Below, in pieces: positions 22,607-32,515 of a stretch of 32,515 nt of DNA. The notes under the pieces were generated by a model that had not been told where the DNA came from, ran no database searches, and saw nothing but the letters and a program-made list of their open reading frames with translations. The stretch is from Nemertoderma westbladi (lineage: Eukaryota; Animalia; Xenacoelomorpha): positions 1 through 32,515 of the forward strand of contig JAUCBJ010007611.1 of assembly GCA_032718475.1 (NCBI GenBank), in the 5' to 3' direction. Made by a program: the position numbers and the translations under genes. The first letter of the stretch is position 1. Every line of letters begins with the position of its first letter.

Positions 22607-23027
22607 CTAAGGAATGCAATGCAAACATAATGAATTAAACTAAGTTGACTCAATAATAAAAATAAAATTACTATCTATTATATCAAAAAAGAATAAACAA
22701 TGCATTGCGTGAGTCGAGTAGGCTATATTATTATAAATTATTAAAATTTGAGAATAATATTCAAGGATGTGTTTAAATCAATCACAGTGAGCAGTATTCA
22801 TTGAGGTTTGTATAGCAAACCACTCTGTACCGTACACGTGTATCGTGTCCGTGTATCTGGTACATGTATTGTATATCACCTAATCACCATAAATATATGT
22901 GTCATAGGCCTACAAAGTAAGATTTAGTAGAAATATTTTACCGGTACTAATAAATAGTACTACTAATAGTTCGTAGAGCTGTAGACTCTAGAACAAAGAA
23001 CACTATATAATAATAAAGTTCACATAC

Positions 23028-23300
23028 ATTTCCGTGGTAGTCCTTTGCAAATATGCAAAACCGTCGTTGGCGAGCCACACTGACGAACGGTATGCCGACG
23101 TCAGGAACTCCGCCCATTCCACGTGTCATCCAGTGCGTGTATGGCGCACCGACGAACACACCCGGATCCGGGTCCCAGAATTGGGATAACGGGACCGACG
23201 TGGTACGCACGGTGTACTGGAAGCCACCAGCTTCCTCAAACGCCGAAATTACGGCCTCGACATGGTCCTTGGAGGCGCAAGGGCAACCCGATCCAGACAT
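23028..23300 (-). CDS. Exon 1 of the same putative protein (first half of CaRF/ALS2CR8-like domain)
   Basis: ATG at 23300, 91 codons ending VPDVGIPFVSVARQRRFCIFAKDYHGN, then donor |GTATGT at 23027. GC-rich exon, AT-rich 421-nt intron. Confidence 0.7.
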
Positions 23301-24149
23301 AATTAATAATTAATTAATTAATAATATACTGAAATATTACGAGTAGGGCCTACAGCTGTACCGGTACAGGAATTAGCAGTATAGACGAATTAGAATATAG
23401 AAGAATTAGCAAATGAGTTAGGCCCCTAAATATTGCTAATGTCTGAATGTCAGAATACATGAACAACAGAATAGGCATATCAGCTCAGCATATGGGCTAA
23501 AAGAGGAGTCAACGGCAGAATGGTTACCGGTAATTAAAAGACTAAAAAAACGACTACCGGCTAACCGGTAGCGCGGTAGGCTATAAATCTGAAATAAATT
23601 GATGACTGACTACGGTACCGGCAGACCGGTACTGCAGTACTGCGGTAGGCCTACCAGTTCCGGTACGATCTATATCAGTATATCTATCTGCTGATCTGAT
23701 ACGCAAGTTCCGTTCGGATGGTGGCTGCAGCACCCTGGCACCCGTACATGCAGGCTAAGCATCGCGCTCGCATCTGCAAATATACCTGTATACTAGCAGA
23801 CTCACTTACTTCATGTTGTAGGCCTAATTCAGTACGGTAATTGGTAATTGTGTAATCAAATCAAACCTACCGGTAGTACTACATACTACTGCTGTCGAAT
23901 GAACAAAGAATCAGCTGATTTATGTTAAGTAGGCGGAGCTAGTTTACATGGCAACATCCAATGGATGAAGCCCTAGTGCCTATTGAAGATGTCAAGTCTG
24001 TGGAGTGAATTTAGCATCTACCGAATGAAACCACCCGAACTCAGACAGTTTTCCTACAAAGTAAACCTCCTGTCATGCAGTATACGATTCATGCATATCA
24101 AATTAATCGACTGTGAAATTATTCTTATAAAGTTATATTAGATCGTGTC

Positions 24150-25251
24150 GTTACACTTTCATTATATGGGATTCCTGATGAAATTATTGCAGCAATCAGA
24201 TCAGTATACGATGGTTCGACAACGTTTGTGTCTGCTGTTGACGGTGACACAGAACAATTTGAAGTGTTATGGGGCGTCCTCCACGGAGACACACTTGCAC
24301 CATTCTTGTTCATAATTGTGCTTGACTATGTTCTACGCATGTCCTTAGATCATCATAATGATGATGGGGTGATGATAACTCAACCTACTGGCTCCAGAAG
24401 TCGAGGAAATCCTGCCAAGTACCTAACTGATCTAGACTTCGCTGATGACTTAGGAGTACTCTCAGAATCACTAGAGGGAGCCCAACGGCTCCTCAACTCA
24501 TTAGAACATGATGCGTCTAGTGTTGGTCTTTTTATTAACTCCAGAAGACCAACATTTTGACAGTTAACTTTGAAAGTCCTCAGCAAGTCTCTGATCGGAT
24601 GAGCATAAGCTCAAAGGATGGTATGCTTGAGCATGTGGGCGACTTCTGTTACCTGGGATCATGGATCTTTCGAATACGTGGATACGTGAATACGGGAAAG
24701 GCATGGGCAGCCTTGAATAGGCTTTCCTGGATTTGGAAATCACCGAGAACTTAAGGTCCGATAATTTAGAGCAGCAGTAGTTCCAGTACTCCTCTATGGG
24801 AGTCCATGCTGGGCTCTAACTGCAGAGGACACCAAATCCCTGGATGGCACATTCACAAGAATGCTACGCCGGGTTCATTGTGTCAAGTACAATGCACACA
24901 TCTCCAACCAGACACTATATACTGTAACATTGGAGGTGTTTCATTGGTTCCCCCAAGCTTGACACTAGAACAAAATCGCCTCCGCTTTGCAGGACATTGC
25001 TTTCGCCGTGAGGACCAGCCAGTGCATAATCTTGTACTTTTCAGCCTCATGGAGTGAATAAGCATGGTGGACAGCCCATGACTTTCTTGAGACGCATCTT
25101 AAAGGACACTGGCCTTGAAGATGCGGATGATCTAGCAAATGTCATGGGTGATAGAGTTTTGGCGGCGCAATTTTGACGACAAGCCGGAACAGCATTCTTA
25201 AAAATGCAGCTGAAATGCAGCATGCCGATCCTAGTAGTAGTAGTAGTAGTA
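24150..25251 (+). mobile_element. 5'-truncated degenerate RTE-clade LINE with (TAG)n tail
   Basis: YGIPDEII, GVLHGDTLAPFLFIIVLDYVLR, LTDLDFADD, DFCYLGSWI, RLRFAGHCFR; (tag)6 tail at 25232-25251. Confidence 0.9.
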
Positions 25252-25797
25252 TATCATGAGTACAGTATATAGTAGGCCTATTATTAAATTATCGTATAAA
25301 CAATTACTTGCAATTTGTGAGTGTGTTGTGTGTAGCCTATATGTGTAGTTATTTAATTAGCCAAAGAAAGTAGTAGCATAGCTAGTGTTGCTTTTTTGGT
25401 TTATAAGAAAAAAATCAATAAAAACCATAATATTTATTTTTCAAAAATAATTATAACTTAAAAAAATTTGCGACGCAGGTTCGAACTACAGTAGTGCCGG
25501 GAATATATACAGTAGGTTACAGATATATGCTAGATTTGTACTGCGCATGTTATTAGTTCATTACACTTGCAAAGTGCTTGCATATATCATCGGTTACATA
25601 TAAAGTACGTTTATATATCCTGTAATACTTGTCAGTCACATAGCAACAACTTACTAAACATTATAAACTTGCAATGTCATGTTTATGAAATTGGAAAATT
25701 TATTAAGTACTTTACTCACCCTTGGCAGCAGCGTTGCTAAGCGTTCTAAGTCTTACTAAGCAGACTTGTTTAGAACTTAGGAAATATACTAAGAATT

Positions 25798-27297
25798 TCA
25801 ACCCGGGTTACCATTATACACTTTATGCACATGGTTAAGGCGTAGCTGCTTAACTCTACTATCTAAGTTAAGTAGTCCAGATTCAGAAAAGTCATCTGGA
25901 GTTAGGTGGTGCCTAGGTTTGTAGTCTTTAATAAATCGTACTACTTTATTCTGAGCTACTTGTAATTTACATTTAAGCTGTTTGGTTAAGCCTTCATACC
26001 AAGAAGAGCATGCATAGTCCATGTGACACTGTATTAAAGAAGAGCAAAGTAACTTGCGGGAGTCGGTATTTAAACTATTTTTATTTCTGTATAGAAACCT
26101 AAGCCTACTGTTAACTTTCGAGAAAATATTTTTCACTGTGCTTTCTCCTGATAAGCAGTTATCCAATGTGGCGCCTAAATATTTAACTTCCTTTTTATTT
26201 TCAATCTTATGTCCATTACTAGTGACTTCAAACTTAGTTACCTTCTTTAACTTTCTTTTGGAACCAAACAAAATACTTTCAGTCTTACCGTAGTGAATGG
26301 ATAGCTTATTATCAACCAACCACTCATTACAGGATTCTAGAACCGCACTTAACTTTTGGGAAATATGGATAGGATCTTTATGAGAGAAAATAAGAGCACT
26401 GTCGTCGGCATATAAAATGAGTTTAAAATCGGGATATATACTACGTATCATATCATTTACATAGCATACAAAAAGCAGAGGACATAATATACTACCTTGC
26501 GGTACACCACAGGTAATCTCTTGTACAGTAGACTGCGATTTGCTAATGACTACAGTTTGATCTCTGTCTGACAGGTAGGACTTGAACCAGTCTATAGAAC
26601 CTACACCCATCAGGCCTAACGTACCAAGCAGAATTTCGTGATCTACAGTATCGAAAGCCTTCTGTAGGTCCAACATTACCATACCAGTATATAAACCCTT
26701 TGAGTTATTACATCTAATTGTATCAGTTAAGTTAATAAGGCAGGTGTCTGTAGAATATGATTTACGAAAGCCGGACTGAAGTTCATAGATCAGATTTAGC
26801 CTACTAAGATGTGCTTCCAGCTGTAGAAAAACAGAACGTTCTAGATTTTAGATACAATACTTAAGATACTAACAGGGTAATACTGTAATTACAGGGTTCT
26901 ACTTTACTATTCTTTTTATACAGAGGAACAACCTTAGCTAATTTCAGTTCGTCTGGTACTACATTATCTACGATAGAGTAATTAATAATAAAAGTAATAG
27001 GCACTTTAAGTACTTCAGCACCATCCTTAAGAAAACGGGCAGATATTAGGTCTAGACCGGTGCTTTTTGAGGCTGATAGGCTAAGTAGATTTTGAAAAAC
27101 GAAATCCTCAGAAACGGGTTTTAAAAATAACTTTTCTGAATTTTGTAACTTTTCTAAATAAAAATTACTTAGAGTTTCGGACCCTATACTATATTTATTA
27201 CTTGATAACGGTAACTTCTTAACTATATTAGAGGCAACATTAGTAAAATAATTATTAAATAAATTACTAACTAGAGTATGATCATGTACTCGCTCAC
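25798..27297 (-). mobile_element. CR1-group LINE RT fragment truncated at both ends
   Basis: LFNNYFTNVAS, KSTGLD, QSGFRKSYSTDTCL, LDLQKAFDTVDH, GVPQGSILCPLLF, LYADD, KYLG. Confidence 0.92.
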
Positions 27298-27304
27298 GAT
27301 AGCT

Positions 27305-27439
27305 AAAGTTCCTATCCGTATCGGAACAGTGTACCTACCATATATGACGGCGGATCACTTCAACTGCTTCAAGAAGGACCTAGACTATTATTTTCCTGTT
27401 GAATTAACCCGCTCTGTTATTGTTACTGGCGACTTCAAT
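27305..27439 (+). repeat. Exact 135-bp copy of 28926-29060 (LINE endonuclease segment)
   Basis: aaagttcctatccgtatcgg...ggcgacttcaat is identical in both places; offset 1621. Confidence 0.97.
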
Positions 27440-27545
27440 AACAACTAACTTGCAGAACAATATTCGATTTAGATTTAAGGTTTTTATAACCTAAAGCAGT
27501 ACTGTAGAAGATAATTTCAGGTACGAATATATGTGTAACTTAGGC

Positions 27546-27850
27546 GATCTTGTCATGATCGTGTTATGATCTTAGTAGATTGGCTTTGAATCATAGCAAG
27601 ATCTGTGTAGATAAGCAACTTTGTTGCTATTTCGCAAACACTTAACTATTAATTGACTCATGGGTTAGGAGATTATAGTAAATGCACCATGTGTAGAAAA
27701 TAAATTAAAATACCTAAAAATTGTCACTTACCGGTTCAAGTCTTTAACGATCTTGCCAAGATCATGTCATGATCTTGACAGAATTATAATGCATTAAGAT
27801 CTTTGCAGGTATACTGTACCACGGTCATAGCTTGATCATTCAAGATCTTT
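27546..27850. repeat. GATCTTG/CAAGATC/CATGATC palindromic subrepeat tract
   Basis: gatcttgtcatgatc and gatcttgccaagatcatgtcatgatcttgac, among others; probably the subterminal region of an unclassified DNA transposon. Confidence 0.5.
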
Positions 27851-28529
27851 GCAGATTCATAAAGTTGCTAGTCTAGGGTCTATACAGCGTGAAATCAGTA
27901 CACTTACACAAGCTGTAACAAAAGCGTGTGTAGACAATGTGATCTCCTCCGACTCCAACGTTTGGCAGCAACCTAATAGGAAAAATAAACCGCGGTGCAA
28001 GGATGACGATCCGTATTTATCAGTAAATGATGTCCAACGAGAAATTGTGGAACAACAGAAACGGGAAAAAAATATTGTTATCTCCGGGTTACCCTTGCCG
28101 GCAAATGCTAGTAACGATGTACAATCGATCAACGACTTCCTGACTAGCGAATTGGATTCGGTGGACGATCCAGTCGACCGTGTGTTGTATCGTCGCCCAG
28201 CTAAGGACAATAAACCAACAATGTTTATCGTAAGACTAAAAACATCCAACTGTAAATCCTCCATCTTGAAATCGAAAAACAAACTGCGAAGTTCAACGAG
28301 ACACTCCACGGTGTATGTTAATCGAGACTTGACTAATCTGCAGTCCAAGCAGGAATATATGCTTCGGCAAGCGAATCGAAACCGAGGTGCATCCTCAGGT
28401 AGTCACTCGCATGACGCTACCCGAAACAATCAACTCAATGTTTCGTCTCCACATATTGTTCCTATAGTTTCTTCCCAAGTTGTCTCCGATATTGAAGATG
28501 TCTCAGTTATCGGTCCTTCCCAGGCTTGA
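27849..28529 (+). CDS. LINE ORF1 C-terminal part (RRM-like), 5'-truncated
   Basis: QQKREKNIVISGLP..MFIVRL..ILKSKNKLR..VYVNRDLT..Q, typical of CR1/Jockey-group ORF1; the TTG start is not credible. Confidence 0.85.
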   Translation: MQIHKVASLGSIQREISTLTQAVTKACVDNVISSDSNVWQQPNRKNKPRCKDDDPYLSVNDVQREIVEQQKREKNIVISGLPLPANASNDVQSINDFLTSELDSVDDPVDRVLYRRPAKDNKPTMFIVRLKTSNCKSSILKSKNKLRSSTRHSTVYVNRDLTNLQSKQEYMLRQANRNRGASSGSHSHDATRNNQLNVSSPHIVPIVSSQVVSDIEDVSVIGPSQA

Positions 28530-28535
28530 GGATCA

Positions 28536-31052
28536 GTGCACTCAGTTAATGCTCCAGAACTCTGTGATCAAAGTAATACTAGAATTAAGTGTAATGATAA
28601 TACCAACTCTGTGGCTCCTATACTATTCTACATGAATTGCCAATCTATTAGGAATAAACTGAAAGCACTTAAACTACTAGCAACTTCACACTCAACGTCT
28701 CCTTTAGTCATCTGTCTAACCGAAACTCATTTACTAGACGATGATTCAGATGATATTTTCGCTGGTCCCGAGTTGGCCGGATTTGACATATTTAGACGTG
28801 ACCGAGCAGGTAGTAACAGAGGCGGCGGGGTGGCAATGCTGATATCACGCGAACTAAACGCTACTCAGGTTGATGTACATCATACTCCCCTTGGTGAATG
28901 TATATGGGTTGATTTATTTGCTTACAAAGTTCCTATCCGTATCGGAACAGTGTACCTACCATATATGACGGCGGATCACTTCAACTGCTTCAAGAAGGAC
29001 CTAGACTATTATTTTCCTGTTGAATTAACCCGCTCTGTTATTGTTACTGGCGACTTCAATTCTCGTCATATCGATTGGTCAATCCCAGCCCCTAGCGTTA
29101 ACTGTCAGCAACCTAGTCTAACCCAGCGCTTTATTGATGAGGTATCCGACAGAGATCTTTTGCAACATCTCCACGAAGCCACCCACATCCATGGTGGCAT
29201 CCTCGATCTGTTATTAACTAATTGCCCAATTCTAACAGGATGTCAAACTGTTGGCGACCGGTTTGGTTTTGGCGATATCCGAAGTGATCATTTCGTTGTG
29301 AATGGTGGGTATCTACCTACAATTGTACCTATAAAACATAGCGTTACTAGTAAAGATTGGTCAAAAGCTAATTGGGATGAGATATCTGGAATTGCGGCAC
29401 ACATCGACTGGGGTGAAGTTGTCAACTCAAACTGGCAACCGGAGCAAAACCTTGAATCGTTGGAGTGTATATTAAACTCAATCGTAGAAGACTGTGTACC
29501 TATTTATAAACCTACCAAGTATAAGGAGAATCCTGCAACTAAGAAGTTACTTAGAAAAATCCACCGCACAAGAAGTAAACTACATGGGTGTACAGATCAT
29601 TGTCGTTCATCGGTTCTACGTGACAACTTAGCAGCACTGACTTCTAGGTTAGAATCAATATTTATTTCCTATCGGACAAAACACGAGGACCGCATACTAC
29701 GTCACAAAAACTCTAAGAAATTCTGGCGATATACAAAATCAAACCTATTCAGACAGAGTACAATTCCAACAATGATTGACGAAAATGGTGAGATTGTTGT
29801 TGGTGATACAGAGCGTGCAAACCTATTTAACGAAACATTTAAATCAGCATTTACTAAAGATAATGATATTTTTCCACCTCCGACTTCCAAATGTCCTCCT
29901 AACGAGAAGCTTACATCGGTTAATTTTAAAAGTTGGGACGTTTATAAATTACTGTCAAAGTTAAAAGTCATCAAGTCATCTGGATCAGATAAGATTTCAG
30001 CCATCCTGCTACGTAAACTTTGTACCTGGTTGGCTGATCCATTACAGCGATTATTCCAGCAGTTTTTTGATAACAGATGTATTCCCAATGGGTGGCGGAT
30101 GGCTCATGTGGTTCCAGTATACAAGAATAAAGGATCGAAATCATTCCCCAGCAACTACCGTCCCATATCGCTCACATCACTCTTAGTTAAACTGATGGAA
30201 ACAATTATCAGAGACTCGTTGTCATCTTTCCTGCTTAAAAACAAAATGATTACTTCTCATCAACATGGATTCCTGCAGAAGAAGTCTACATTCACTCAGC
30301 TTCTCGAGAGCTCATGGGACTGGGTAAATTTACGCAACTTGGGAATCCCAGTTGATGTTATCTATACGGACTTTCGTCGAGCCTTTGATAAGGTTTCCCA
30401 TCAGAAGTTGCTATTCAAACTGCAATCTTATGGGATTGACGGAAACCTGTTGAAGTGGTTTGGTGCATTCCTCAGAGATCGCAAGCAATGTACTGTTATT
30501 AATGGCGCACTATCATCGCCCATAGTTGTTACGAGCGGGGTGCCGCAAGGCAGCGTTATTGCCCCTCTGCTATTTATTCTATTTATTAATGATATTGTTG
30601 ATAACATCTCTAGGAACACTGAAATAAAATTATATGCTGATGATACAAAGTTATATCGTCCTATCTTCTCGGAAAACGACTCAGTTTTGCTTCAATCGGA
30701 TATAGATTCTATCCTGGAATGGTCACAGACTTGGCAGATGGAACTAAATATCCCAAAGTGTTCTGTAGTATCGCTACAAGCCTCCCAGTCAATTTATAAT
30801 CGGCGTTATTATATGAACAACGTTGAACTGGAAAACTCGAGTTGTGCTCGAGATCTTGGCATAATTATACCCTCCGACCTACGTTTCAGTGAGCACGTGG
30901 CCCACATTGCTTCCAAAGCCCGAAGAGCGTTTGGTCAAATACGCCGCTCCTTTGGACACCGTGATGCTGCATTCCAGTTCGGCTTATTTACAACATACTG
31001 CCGTCCGATCCTCGAGCATAACAGCGCTATCTGGTGCCTCAGTGGGGCATAG
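28536..31052 (+). CDS. CR1-group LINE ORF2 (APE endonuclease + RT), open but 3'-truncated
   Basis: YMNCQSI, CLTETHL, RGGGVA, GDFN, LDLLL, SDH; NYRPISLTS, DFRRAFDKV, GVPQGS, YADD, DLG. Homology stops at RPILEHNSAIW (~31035). Confidence 0.95.
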   Translation: MHSVNAPELCDQSNTRIKCNDNTNSVAPILFYMNCQSIRNKLKALKLLATSHSTSPLVICLTETHLLDDDSDDIFAGPELAGFDIFRRDRAGSNRGGGVAMLISRELNATQVDVHHTPLGECIWVDLFAYKVPIRIGTVYLPYMTADHFNCFKKDLDYYFPVELTRSVIVTGDFNSRHIDWSIPAPSVNCQQPSLTQRFIDEVSDRDLLQHLHEATHIHGGILDLLLTNCPILTGCQTVGDRFGFGDIRSDHFVVNGGYLPTIVPIKHSVTSKDWSKANWDEISGIAAHIDWGEVVNSNWQPEQNLESLECILNSIVEDCVPIYKPTKYKENPATKKLLRKIHRTRSKLHGCTDHCRSSVLRDNLAALTSRLESIFISYRTKHEDRILRHKNSKKFWRYTKSNLFRQSTIPTMIDENGEIVVGDTERANLFNETFKSAFTKDNDIFPPPTSKCPPNEKLTSVNFKSWDVYKLLSKLKVIKSSGSDKISAILLRKLCTWLADPLQRLFQQFFDNRCIPNGWRMAHVVPVYKNKGSKSFPSNYRPISLTSLLVKLMETIIRDSLSSFLLKNKMITSHQHGFLQKKSTFTQLLESSWDWVNLRNLGIPVDVIYTDFRRAFDKVSHQKLLFKLQSYGIDGNLLKWFGAFLRDRKQCTVINGALSSPIVVTSGVPQGSVIAPLLFILFINDIVDNISRNTEIKLYADDTKLYRPIFSENDSVLLQSDIDSILEWSQTWQMELNIPKCSVVSLQASQSIYNRRYYMNNVELENSSCARDLGIIIPSDLRFSEHVAHIASKARRAFGQIRRSFGHRDAAFQFGLFTTYCRPILEHNSAIWCLSGA

Positions 31053-31111
31053 ACTATGACTCACTGAGGCATAGACTATGCCTCACTGAGGCATAGACTA
31101 TCCATAGACTA
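31036..31111. repeat. 22-bp tandem repeat of nested palindromes at the LINE truncation point
   Basis: gcatagactatg(a/c)ctcactgag starts at 31047, 31069 and 31091. Confidence 0.85.
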
Positions 31112-31126
31112 TTCACATCTCCCGTA

Positions 31127-31160
31127 TGTCATGGGTTCAATCCCTGCATGAACCAGGGCA
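31127..31160 (+). other. tRNA B-box-like motif, possible SINE remnant
   Basis: gtcatgGGTTCAATCCCtgc; no A-box or cloverleaf. Confidence 0.25.
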
Positions 31161-32189
31161 GTTTTCGTTCAGTCAGCAATAGGCCTAACGTTGCAAAATG
31201 CAGTATTATTGCCTAGTAACCAATTCATGGCTACCATATGGTTTTCACTTTGAGACATTTCGCCCTCTAGCGGCAGACTGGGGAACTTCATACTATTCTG
31301 TGACTCTGCAAAAGATATAGCCTATGCCGTAGTAGATGCCGAATGGGGGGTCAAAATTAAGTAATAATATATCTAAATAAGCCTCAAACATCTTGCCTCA
31401 TGGCTCGCCCCTTAGAACTCTCAAGCAATATAACTTCATAGTTTTTAAGGAAAACTGGTAAATGAGATGTGTTAATTACGCATACCTCGCAGTCTTAAGT
31501 AATTAATTATACAGTAGGTTAGATCGTTTTGAGAATAGGACCATTGGAAAGAGCGCCCTCGATAACCTCAGTACAAAGAAAATTAATACGGATTAACCGG
31601 ATATAGCTTGTTATTATAAAACATAAATTATAATACAGTAGAACATAGGGTTGTAAATAAAAACAAATTAAATTGAAGATAAACTGTATATATATAAACT
31701 TATGTATTAAAAGAGGGCTCTATTTAATTATACAGTATACTGAAAATGGTTAGCGATACCATAATTAGATTATCGATAGGGATGCGGCTTCCTTAAATGA
31801 GGCAATCCTGACGCAGCACAAATAATTTTAAGAGGGGCCCCGATAAATTGTCTCATTCATGCGTAACTGGTAACCTAGGCGATAGCTTGTCTTAAGTTTA
31901 GGCCCTTCGCTAACATTAACTCCAAATAGTTACCAGTAGGGGAGCTGTATACCATAGAGCTAAATATAGGACATTATGTCATAATTACGTCATTGGTAAG
32001 TATAAAAACTAATTAATCTAAAAATAGAAATCAATGTATAAAGTAAAGTTAATACAATTTATTAATTTAAAATAAAGTACAAATGAATAATTAATTTAAA
32101 ATTAAATACAAATAAATAAAGTAAAATAAAATACAAATAATTAATTAAAATTAAATATAAATAAATAGGTATTAATAAATAAAAGAGCC

Positions 32190-32515
32190 GCGGTGTCACT
32201 TATGACACCCTCTTGGGCCTCTAGGTGTACAGTTAGACAACACTGACACCATTGCGTATCGGATTGATTAATTGGGATAATCAATTAAACCCTAATTAGG
32301 AGTCGTAAGACACCTATTAGGGTTTAATTGTACTAATTAATTGATGACACTCTGTCAATTAGGGTCTAATTAGCCTAATTAGGAGGTGTCACCCAGACAG
32401 TCTGGCGCCAATGACACCCAATGACACCCATAGGTGCCATTGGGTGTCACCCAGACAGTCTGGCGCCAGTCAGTTGGGTCTAACTGTCACCGAGCCGCCC
32501 AAGACCCTACTACTA
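32190..32515. repeat. Foldback / MITE-like palindromic repeat running to the window end
   Basis: caattaaaccctaattagg...cctattagggtttaattg hairpin; cagttagac/gtctaactg IR; ggtgtcacccagacagtctggcgcca twice; many TGACACC/GGTGTCA motifs. Confidence 0.65.

Noticed and set aside
25713-25790. Minus-strand donor-like AAGG|GTGAGT
   Set aside because: Isolated site with no supported exon.
27857-28348. 163-aa minus-strand ORF
   Set aside because: Antisense shadow of LINE ORF1.
31127-31160. tRNA gene
   Set aside because: Only a B-box-like motif; no cloverleaf.

Overview
AT-rich eukaryotic (metazoan, probably marine invertebrate; inference) DNA made almost entirely of nested transposable elements and satellites, with no prokaryotic genes, rRNA or CRISPR. 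Left to right: (1) an uninterrupted 843-codon minus-strand ORF running off the window edge and missing from the ORF track, a BEL/Pao-type Gag with an AEAEAERKAKA repeat; (2) a decayed CsRn1-clade Gypsy retrotransposon (~7.1-16.4 kb) whose integrase tail was hit twice, 22 bp apart, by an Academ DNA transposon (TAG TSD) and a non-autonomous Helitron carrying Helentron-like subTIRs; (3) a piggyBac remnant; (4) a 139-bp higher-order satellite; (5) a cleanly spliced two-exon 301-aa ORF joining a CaRF/ALS2CR8-like domain to a USP-like His-box; (6) RTE and two CR1-group LINEs. TA-CWG-TA heptamers are frequent and in three places behave like 5-bp Tc1/mariner excision footprints. Family assignments come from motif recognition by eye, not database searches.
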